From the human T2T-CHM13v2.0 reference genome, Homo sapiens, in the NCBI RefSeq assembly GCF_009914755.1, contig NC_060926.1: DNA of 64,000 nucleotides; one strand, 5' to 3'. The position numbers and the translations under genes were made by a program. Below are positions 50,446 to 64,000 of this stretch, one piece after another. Position 1 is the stretch's first letter; every line of letters begins with the position of its first letter. The notes beneath the pieces are model-generated. The model saw only the letters and a program-made list of their open reading frames with translations. It searched no databases and had not been told where the DNA came from.

Positions 50446-52139
50446 AATCCATACCTGACAAAAATCACCTTCTTTTCCCTCTTCTTTAGTGGCATTTGCA
50501 GTTATCCTGGAGTTCCCCTTCTCACTGCATTAAGGCAAAACAATCTGCTTTTGCATCCTTTTCTTCTTCTGTGCAATGGATTCCAGGCTGATCTTCTATG
50601 ACAAGATATAAATGACATAAATGACTGAAAGTTTATTGCGAATGTAAGGTAGATTCTTGACCTCACCATTAGGATGGTTTCTACATAAAAAGAAATCATA
50701 CTTGATTTTTAAATAATGCAGCAAGGTAAGACCTCATTAAAATATCAAACAATAGTGCCACATATGGGAGATGCATATTTCTCTCAATGAAAAATATATG
50801 GTTGATCTTGTTATAAGCAAAGCAGTTAACAGGAAGGAATAACAAGAAATAGTATTACAGAGTGAGGACAAAGTCTATAGGATTGCTCAAGCCTGGATGT
50901 GAGTCACAAGTAGGAAACTCATTAACTGTGTGATTTTGGGTTCAGTTTCCCTTTAGGTAATATCTGCTTCTCAGGATGGATTGTGAAGCAGAGACTATAA
51001 TGCCAGTCAACCATTAGGGAATTGATGAATGGTAGATGCTATTGTTTCTTCTGTTGTAACCACCAGGTTAGCAATCATTTGTGCACAAGTACACACATCT
51101 TTATGTGCATTCACATATATATATCCTCAGACATTTGTTCTCGATGATATCCTTAACTCAGCACACACACCCATGTTCATATCTTCTATCTGACATTTGA
51201 GGATATTGTTCTCATTTTTATAAAAGTTAACCTTTATGAGAACCCAGTTATGTTAAAAAGCAGAGAGATGTGAAATAGAACATTCTGTTATATAGATTTT
51301 TGGGCTTCACCTATGTAATGATGTAAACTATGTGCAATAAGTCAAAAATCCCAGATGGTGCTGGGATCTCTATTTTTGGACTTGTTTTAGCACCTGGAAA
51401 CCTACGCTACTTGCATAACAAGAACTCAACTTGCAATAACAGTAGCATTGTCAGTAAATATTTTTAACTAGATATGATCATATATTAATTATACATCAAT
51501 TAGCATGTGGTCTTCACATTTCATATCCTGTTGACAATCGTTTAGTTTCTGTGAACCAATGTCTTAAAGTAAGTTTGTCTTTAGTCATAGGTGAATAGAT
51601 ACAATTCTCAGGGTGTGTGGGGAAGCATCTGTCTACCTCTCAGCATTGAAAATTCTTTTGCTCACTCCATATACCTGGTGCCTACAAAAAATTTGCTCAT
51701 TTCCTTTAGAGTGTTGGACCCTTTTAAAATGGAAATGTTTGTGGGAAGATAACTCTATAATATGTTGGAAATTCTTTCTACATACTCTTAATTTGATATT
51801 GGAGAGTAAGCTTTAATTGGAGAAAAGGTGAATTAATGTGTGAAGATACTGGATATCAGAGAAAGGTGAACTGGTTCTCCAAATAGTAAAAGAAAAATTT
51901 TACCAAATCAGTATAGTAGTAACCCTGGAGTACAATCTTGACTATGTCATAATTTACTGGTGAAATATTGCTTCTACCCAATCAACACAGGCCTTGGATT
52001 TGCCTGTATGGCATACATATGTATTGCCTAATACAAGTGAATAGTGATTGTCTGTGTGCAATGCTACAATTGGTCCTCAGACACCAGCCTACATTGATTT
52101 TCATTGTTTAAAACTTCTACCAACATCATCATACTTACA

Positions 52140-52390
52140 GACAACATTTATTCAGTGTTTACTATGTTACAGCCATTATAATCATCATGATATATATATA
52201 TATCTTTTGTCAATTAAACTACTTCCCAACAGTTCATTGAGGAAGGTGTATGTTGTTCTTATTTTACAGATGTAGAACCAAATACAGAACATTTATATAG
52301 CTTGCCATTATTATTAGGACTACTAAGTGGCAGAACTAACCCAGTTGTGATTGAATCCATAGCTTATGCTTTTTACCACTTCAATGTACT
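52140..52390 (-). mobile_element. MIR
   Basis: 'aacatttattcagtgtttactatgt...cttattttacagatgtagaa...ctaagtggcagaact'. Confidence 0.7.
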
Positions 52391-53829
52391 GCTTTACCCG
52401 CTCGGATGACTTCCTTCAATTTGATCTCATCCGTTTTAACCTAAAGGTGTTTCTCAGAGTCTGTGCATGGGAGTTGGGGTCTGGAAGTCTATTGTTACCA
52501 TGCAATCATGCTAGGAAGTCTACTTCATTCTTTTCATGACATAATGCTCTCAGACTTACAGGTACTTATTTGCATAAATGTTTTGCTTTCTAAATGAACA
52601 GTGGCAGGGACTGAGTTTTGTTCAAATGTGTCTTTCATCGAGAAAGAAGAGTTGAATATAGAAGGTGCTACAGAAATTCGTTTCTATTTATTCATACATA
52701 TTCATGTGAACTCCAATGACAAATGGATCTAGGTGAGCCTGAAATTTTACCTAGACTGAGGACACTATAAACATACAAAACCTTAAGCTTGATTACGCTC
52801 ATCTTCCCTCAGGGAAAGTCCCCTAAATAGGATGAATGGGACTTGCATATAAGTAGACATAAAACAATAAATTATTTTAAGGTTCTTTTTGAGGGTAAGC
52901 CCAGAAACTGACAGTGAATTACTTTCAATTGAACTAACCAGCCTTTTATAGAATGCATTAACATTTTATTCTGGTAAAACTCAGAGTAATCAGTTGTTCT
53001 TAAGTGATTGCTAGAAAATTAAAGAACAAAGTATGCAGTGACTTTGCCAAGAACAATCTGTTAAAACAGTCTTTGAACAAAATATAGTTTATGAGTGATA
53101 TATCAGTGTAAAGAATATCATGAATATATTAGTTTGGCTTACAATGTGTCAAAAATTCTAAAAAAAGGATACAGGAGTTTTTATATAATCACATGTATTT
53201 ACACATGTAATAATTTTATAGATAATAGCTAAAAGCCATTTGAATTGAAGAACTGGAAAAAAACAATTACTGTGATCTCTCAATTTTCAGGTGGGAAACT
53301 GAAGTCTTCAGATTTCAAAGACTGGACCAAGGTCATGTAATTACTTATGGACAGAATTAACATAACAAATCACAATTTCTGACCTCAAATTCCTTGTGCT
53401 TTTGGCCATAGCAAATCAAAGAGAAAATATTATGAAAGAAATGTTTTTACTTGTAGTTTTACTTTACTTTGCCTGTAATACATTTTAACTGTATATGCCA
53501 TTAGAGTACTAATCTTATTTGTAGATAATTACTGAGTTTTCCCTTCATTTTGAATATTTCTTGAAAATGTGCTATTTACCTCTGGGTTTTAAAATCTGGC
53601 TTTTTCTTTGTGAACTCACTAAAACATTTTTTATAATAACTAATTATAATATTTTGCATTTTAATAATGCTTTTGGCCTTACAAAAATGCTTGTGCATAA
53701 TATAACACTTGAGCAAGCAACAGTCCTGTTGGGAAGGTATGTCTTTTGATAAAGACCAATCTTGATTTTGTCACCTTCCCATTTAAAATGATTTAAATAC
53801 TATTCCAGCCCCAGTATCAGATTATGTGA

Positions 53830-54180
53830 AGAAGCCAGGGACTGACCAAGCTTCCCCGACCCATCTCTCCATCTCTCTCTTTGTTTCTTCCCATGGATTT
53901 TCCACATGGCTGGCTCTGGGTTTCCTCGTAAATGGTAGCCTCAGGGTTTGGATTTCTTACAAGGCGGATGCAGGATCCCACAAACATGCTCCAAGAGACA
54001 GAAACTGGAAGCCACCAGACTTTTGAAGTCTGTGCGTTGGATCTAGCACCACATCTATTGTATTCTATTGGTCAAGCAGTCGAAAAGCCTACCCAGTTTC
54101 AAGGGAAGGGAAATCAACTCCACTCTGCAATGGAAGAAAGAGTTGAGCACACGGGGAGGTAAAAATCAATGATGGTCACC
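53830..54180 (-). mobile_element. Old MLT1 (J/K/L-like) LTR fragment
   Basis: 'attctattggtcaagcagtc...cccagtttcaagggaagggaaatcaactccactct'. Confidence 0.6.
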
Positions 54181-55864
54181 TTGTTTGAGTCACCATTTTA
54201 TCATTAGTGTCTAGCACCATACCTGGCCTGGAGTAAATACTCAATGAATATTTGCTTGCTAAATTAATGAACAAATGAATAAATGAGAAAACTGCATATT
54301 AGAGCAGTTATGTGAACTGCACACCTGGCAAATGGTAGGGAGAGGAAAATCAGCCTTTTTCCTTTAAGTCTAGTGCTATTTCCATGACAATAAATTGTAT
54401 GGCAAAGGAGTCAAAGACATTAAGATAATCTAAAATAATTTTTAAGTATTTTTGGGAGATAAAAGGTGGGACTGGGATTTACCTTAGACTGCCCAGCACA
54501 GGAAGAATAGACTAGAAAGAGGCCTGGAGAAAACTCGCGTTTCAGAGGACATTCAGCACAGTAGTAATTCCTTAACTTCCCCCTCTTGCACCGAAATTAG
54601 TGTGATAGTTACTACTCTGAAATTCCTCTAGATGATTTCCTATTCAAAGGAAATTAGTGAGATGTCATCTGTAAAACCGTTCAAGTCTTCACACTGGAAC
54701 CCGGAGTGAAGACATTGTTCTCCACCACTCTAAGTAAAAGGATGTGTTACCCACTCTCAAATTCATATAGTGAGCCGTAAGCACAGTTGGATTCCAGAGG
54801 GAAGGAAAGAGTATAATATGCTGTTCTTACATGTGATGCATGAACTTAGGAGCTGTCTTTGCAGATTTTCCCAATTCCTTCAAATCTGGAAGTGTAAGAA
54901 ACCTTTCCAAATATCCTGTCACTGAAAGATTTCCGGCCTAATTTATAAAAAGCACTTCATTTTGTGAAGTTTTCAGCTTCATGAACATTTAACCAAATCG
55001 AATTTTCTCCCAGGAGATTATCTTGTGGCCAATAAGGGTTCATTTTTCTCATGAAGTCTTTTGTTGGGGTCAGGGGAGGTGTGGATAGTAGACGTTAAGT
55101 GAACAGTGCTTGTAAATCACCACACTTGACACCTTGAAACCTCCTCTGACTAATCATGCCAGAATTATTTACAAGATGCAAAAGTTAGTCTCTGTGAGCA
55201 GCAGAGTTACGTGGCAATAGAGGTCCGGAGAAGTTGCTCTAATTTGCTCAAGCAGAAACTCTTCTTAGTCTAAGCATTGACTGGGGAGCATTTTATTTTA
55301 TTTTATTTTATTTATTTATTTATTATTATTATACTTTAAGTTTTAGGGTACATGTGCACAATGTGCAGGTTAGTTACATATGTATACATGTGCCATGCTG
55401 GTGCACTGCACCCACTAACTCGTCATCTAGCATTAGGTATATCTCCCAATGCTATCCCTCCCCCCTCCCCCCACCCCACAACCGTCCCCAGAGTGTGATG
55501 TTCCCCTTCCTGTGTCCATGTGTTCTCATTGTTCAATTCCCATCTATGAGTGAGAACATTTGGTGTTTGGTTTTTTGTTCTTGCGATAGTTTACTGAGAA
55601 TGATGATTTCCAGTTTCATCCATGTCCCTACAAAGACATGAACTCATCATTTTTTATGGCTGCATAGTATTCCATGGTGTATATGTGCCACATTTTCTTA
55701 ATCCAGTCTATCATTGTTGGACATTTGGGTTGGTTCCAAGTCTTTGCTATTGTGAATAATGCCGCAGTAAACATATGTGTGCATGTGTCTTTATAGCAGC
55801 ATGATTTATAATCCTTTGGGTATATACCCAGTAATGGGATGGCTGGGTCAAATGGTATTTCTAG

Positions 55865-59374
<3,510 letters not shown>

Positions 59375-59422
59375 TTATTTTGCTCGTTAGTTGATGCAGT
59401 TTCTTCCTAGTCTCGATGGTCT

Positions 59423-60457
59423 TTACATTTTGGCATGAATTTGCAGCAGCTGGTACCGGTTGTTCCTTTCCATGTTTAGTGCTTCCTTCAGGAGCTCTTT
59501 TAGCGCAGGCCTGGTGGTGACAAAATCTCTCAGCATTTGCTTGTCTGTAAAGTATTTTATTTCTCCTTCACTTATGAAGCTTAGTTTGGCTGGATATGAA
59601 ATTCTGGGTTGAAAATTCTTTTCTTTAAGAATGTTGAATATTGGCCCCCACTCTCTTCTGGCTTGTAGAGTTTCTGCTGAGAGATCCACTGTTAGTCTGA
59701 TGGGCTTCCCTTTGTGGGTAACCCGACCTTTCTCTCTGGCTGCCCTTAACATTTTTTCCTTCATTTCAACTTTGGTGAATCTGACAATTGTATGTCTTTG
59801 TGTTGTTCTTCTCGAGGAGTATCTTTGTGGCGTTCTCTGTATTTCCTGAATCTGAATGTTTGCCTGCCTTGCTAGATTGGGGAAGTTCTCCTGGATAATA
59901 TCCTGTAGAGTGTTTTCCAACTTGGTTCCATTCTTCCCATCACTTTCAGGTACACCAATCAGACGTAGATTTGGTCTTTTCACATAGTCCCATATTTCTT
60001 GGAGGCTTTGCTTGTTTCTTTTTATTCTTTTTTCTCTAAACTTCCCTTCTCGCTTCATTTCATTCATTTCATCTTTCATCACAGATACCCTTTCTTCCAG
60101 TTGATCGCATTGGCTCCTGAGGCTTCTGCATTCTTCACATAGTTCTCGAGCCTTGGTTTTCAGCTCCATCAGCTCCTTTAAGCACTTCTCTGTATTGGTT
60201 ATTCTAGTTATACATTCTTCTAAATTTTTTTCAAAGTTTTCAACTTCTTTGCCTTTGGTTTGAATGTCCTCCCATAGCTCAGAGTAATTTGATCGTCTGA
60301 AGCCTTCTTCTCTCAGGTCATCAAAGTCATTCTCCGTCCAGCTTTGTTCTGTTGCTGGTGAGGAACTGCGTTCCTTTGGAGGAGGAGAGGTGCTCTGCTT
60401 TTTTTTTTTACAAAGTTTTACAGAGTTTCCAGTTTTTCTGCTCTGTTTTTTCCCCAT
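59423..60457 (-). CDS. L1 ORF1p, uninterrupted, 344 aa (338 plus a 6-aa insertion)
   Basis: MGKKQSRKTGNS...REKG...ARR...YPAKLS...HAKM*. Confidence 0.9.
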   Translation of the reverse strand: MGKKQSRKTGNSVKLCKKKKQSTSPPPKERSSSPATEQSWTENDFDDLREEGFRRSNYSELWEDIQTKGKEVENFEKNLEECITRITNTEKCLKELMELKTKARELCEECRSLRSQCDQLEERVSVMKDEMNEMKREGKFREKRIKRNKQSLQEIWDYVKRPNLRLIGVPESDGKNGTKLENTLQDIIQENFPNLARQANIQIQEIQRTPQRYSSRRTTQRHTIVRFTKVEMKEKMLRAAREKGRVTHKGKPIRLTVDLSAETLQARREWGPIFNILKEKNFQPRISYPAKLSFISEGEIKYFTDKQMLRDFVTTRPALKELLKEALNMERNNRYQLLQIHAKM

Positions 60458-62689
60458 CTTTGTGGTTTTATCTACTTTTGGTCTTTGATGATGGTGATGT
60501 AGAGATGGGTTTTTGGTGTGGATGTCCTTTCTGTTTGTTAGTTTTCCTTCTAACAGACAGGACCCTCAGCTGCAGGTCTGTTGGAGTACCCGGCCGTGTG
60601 AGGTGTCAGTCTGCCCCTGCTATGGGGTGCCTCCCAGTTAGGCTGCTCGGGGGTCAGGGGTCAGGGACCCACTTAAGGAGGCAGTCTGCCTGTTCTCAGA
60701 TCTCCAGCTGTGTGCTGGGAGAACCACTGCTCTCTTCAAAGCTGTCAGACAGGGACATTTAAGTCTGCAGAGGTTACTGCTGTCTTTTTGTTTGTCTGTT
60801 CCCCGACTGGGGAGCATTTTAACTACGCCTTTTATGTTTACTGAAGACGTACAGACCCACCCATGGGAGATCACAAGCCCAATGTTTCTGCTTAGGACAA
60901 CAAAGACCACTGGTAGCTCTAGCATCTTTGTAAACTACTTTCTTTCTTCAATTCACAACCCAGTTCTGCTTCAGAGAACAACCAGTTAAATCCTGGATTT
61001 AGATTCTTTCCTGGCAAACAAATAAACACCAGGGCATCAAACTGTCTTTTGTGGCTAAAGAACAAGAAGAAGACACAGGAGAGTGATTTCCATGAGGCAG
61101 GTGGATCCTAGACTAAAGGACACTTCCTCAACTTGCATGCAGTTTCTGATTTTCAATAGCTGCCTGAGATATTTCTAATATTTATAGTGACATGAATAGG
61201 TTGTATCGGGAACACCCTGCTGAACAATATACATAACTTTCCGCACAGATGGTAGTCTATTGGGCCAACAGTGGTAAAGCTTTTTACCTTGCAGTCAATT
61301 GTTAAGAGACCAGCATGTAAACATTTATGCTCCACACAGGCAGTCTTGCTCCTGTCACAGCTAGGCATGGGCATGCCTGCGAGATTGTGTCTTGATAGGA
61401 ATATTTTTTAGTTTACGTAGAAAAAAAGGAGAGGAAATGAATGAATGTTTTCACTGGTTTATAGAAACAGCATTTGATTGATATGATGCAAACTTTAATA
61501 TATCGTTTTATACATTTTTAAAAGGCAGATGTAACTAAGGGGTTCCTTTAAATCATATTCTGTGGTGAAGAGGTGGGGAAAACAGAGGCTGGCTTTTGCA
61601 AATGTTGAAAAGATGCAGCAACTTCATAAAATATTTTTGAAAGTAAGTTCAGCACTGAAATGCCCACTGGGCATGAATAGCCAGGTTTAGTAATTGGCTG
61701 CACCAAATAATAGAGCATGAGTTGTTGGCCTGGATGCTGTATTTAAAGTGATTGTGATATTTTTGCAAGTTTGTGAAAGGTTTGTGTAAAATCACTAAGT
61801 ACAGGAGCTTATGGACTCCTGGAATTTTGTTACTGTGAGTGGGAGTCCTCTTCAGTGGCTTCAAGACCCAGGCACATCCCTTGTCAGAAACCCAACTGGC
61901 AGCATCAAGGAAGCCATTCTCCAAATTCAATGTCCTGGTTGCAGTGGACTTTGAGAGCAGCAGTGGCTTCAGTTATGAAGCGACAATGCTCAGCTCTCAC
62001 TCCTTAGCCAGAATCCTCAACATTTGGACAGCTTTAGTAAGGAAGAGGCATTTCTCTGGTTTGCAGAGGTTCTTCTTACTTCTTTTTTAGGAAAGGAGGT
62101 ACATATTTGTTTTCTAACGGAAATGAAAGATAACTTCAAGAGGTGTTACTTGTAAAAACAAACAAACAAACAAAAAACTTAGTGACAGTATTCATTTGAG
62201 ATTTGAAGAGACCCTGAGGGATCATAAAGTTTTTAAGGCAATAATTTACTAATACTTTTCCAGATAACTTTTCTTTTCTCTGCTCGTGTTCCTCAGCATT
62301 AGTTAGAAATACACAGAAAATAAGTTTCTCTGTGTGTATTTGTGTGCATTTGTGGCGAGAGAGAGAGAAAGAGATATTTCTATTTCTGACTAGTGTCTGG
62401 TCTTTATAATCAATTTTCATTTTGGACAACTGAATCCTCACTGCTCTTTTTTCTTGCCCTTTTTCTCTAAAGATGAAAAAGATTGGCCAAGGAAGGTCCA
62501 ATTATTTTCCCCCATGCTCATCCTTTTCCTTATCCAAGTGCATTTGTTTCAGGGACAAATCACCTTGTTAAGTCTATGTGCATGTGTTATCTGCTCAAGT
62601 AGAATCTTGATTTGATTAATGTGCGTATTTGCTCTGTGCCTACCATATTCCTTGGCAATAGCTGGTAATCAGTTTATACCTCTTTAACT

Positions 62690-63000
62690 TATTTAGTCAA
62701 CTAATATTTATTGAACACTTAGTATATGCTGACTGTGTTATGATAGTTGCTGGAGGCTACAATGTGAATAAGATAAAGCTTCAGAAAAGACAGGGTTTAT
62801 AGACTAATTAGAGCACTAAATGTGTTATAAATTTAAAGTTGAACATTGATGAGGTACTTTATAAAGTTGTTTCATGTATATTATTTCTTGTGATATTCAC
62901 AACTACCTTGTAATGTTAGTAAAGCAGATACAATTCTCATTTTATGGATGAGGAAAGACTCAGAGATTAACTTCACTCGTGATGTCAGAACTGGAATAAA
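62690..63000 (-). mobile_element. L2 3' fragment followed by MIR
   Basis: 'atatttattgaacacttagtatatgc...gtgaataagata'; 'ctcattttatggatgaggaaagactcagaga'. Confidence 0.6.
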
Positions 63001-63040
63001 GATTTAGTTTTTCTTTTTGTCTAAAAATTTCCTCTACAAG

Positions 63041-63365
63041 TTTTTTGTTGTTATTGTTGTTGTTGTTGTTTTATTTTTTTTTGAAGGAGTCTTACACTGT
63101 TTCCTGGGCTGGAGTGCAGTGGCATAATCTTGGCTCACTGAAACCTCTGCCTCTTGGGTTTAAGTGATTCTCCTGCCTCAGCCTCCCAAGTAGCTGGGAT
63201 TACAGGCAACTGCCACCACGCCCGGCTAATTTTTTGTGTGTTTCTAGTAGAGATGGGGTTTCACCATGTTGGCCAGGCTGGTCTCGAACTCCTGATCTCA
63301 AGTGATCTGCCCACCTCAGTCTCCCACAGTGCTGGGATTACAGGCGTGAGGCACTGTGACCAGCT
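63041..63365 (-). mobile_element. AluS (Sx/Sz-like)
   Basis: Full dimer with (GTT)n tail. No TSD evident. Confidence 0.93.
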
Positions 63366-64000
63366 CCCGTCTTAATCTCCTACCTTCCCATTACCCTTCC
63401 AGGCCTCTGACAACTTTCATTCTATTCTCTATCTCCATGAGTTCTTTTTTTTTTTTTTTTAATCTCCCACATAAAAATGAAAACATATTTGTCTTTCTGT
63501 GTTTGGTTAATTTCACTTGAGTTCTTCCAATTCCATCTGTGTTGTTGCAAATGACAGGACTTGATTCTTTCTATGGCTGAATGATATTCCATTGTATATA
63601 TATACCACATTTTCTGAATCCATTCATTTGTTGATGGACATAGGTTGATTCTGAGTCTTTCCTATTGTGAACAGAGCTGCAATAAGCATGGGAGTGCAGG
63701 TATCTCTTCTACATATTGGATTCACTTCTTTTGGGTATGTACCTAGCAGTGGGATTGCTGGATCCTATGGTAGTTCTGTGGTTAGTTTTTGGAGGAACCT
63801 CTGTACCGTTTTCCATAGTGGCTGTATTAATTTACATCCACACAATGAATAAGAATTTTCCTTTCTTCACACCCTTGCTAGCATTTGTCTTTTCAGTAAT
63901 AGCCAATCTAACTGAGATGAGATGATATCTCATTGTAGTTTAGATTTGCATTTGTCTGGTGATTAATGATGTGGAAGAGTTTTTCACATACCTGTTGCCC
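63366..64000 (-). mobile_element. L1MA-type 3' region running off the window end
   Basis: 'ttctattctctatctccatgag','gttgttgcaaatgacagga','cctagcagtgggattgctggatc'. Confidence 0.88.

Noticed and set aside
60820-62700. Unique-looking region with several 65-121 aa ORFs (possible processed pseudogene)
   Set aside because: No recognisable protein similarity, poly(A) tail or TSD

Overview
Primate (human or great-ape-like) genomic DNA. The only host gene I can support is SPHKAP on the minus strand. Its CpG-island promoter and 32-nt first coding exon (MDGNSLLSVP-, 7859-7890) lie near 7.9 kb, and 1-7858 is intron 1. The remaining ~56 kb is upstream intergenic DNA dense in repeats: Alus, MaLR/ERVL LTRs, old L1M, L2, MIR and microsatellites. 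Nearly all listed ORFs are repeat-derived or spurious. I see no convincing new gene system. The strongest unexplained signal is a pair of young, same-orientation LINE-1s 29.9 kb apart (25.4-31.6 kb and 55.3-60.8 kb). Their ends are diagnostic of different subfamilies, and only one has the ZNF93-escape deletion. Yet they share more than a dozen non-consensus substitutions internally, which points to repeated non-allelic gene conversion. One copy lacks a TSD. The other has an intact ORF1 and a nearly full-length ORF2 with catalytic-site mutations in both EN and RT. Subfamily calls rest on recalled consensus sequences and need RepeatMasker/Dfam confirmation.
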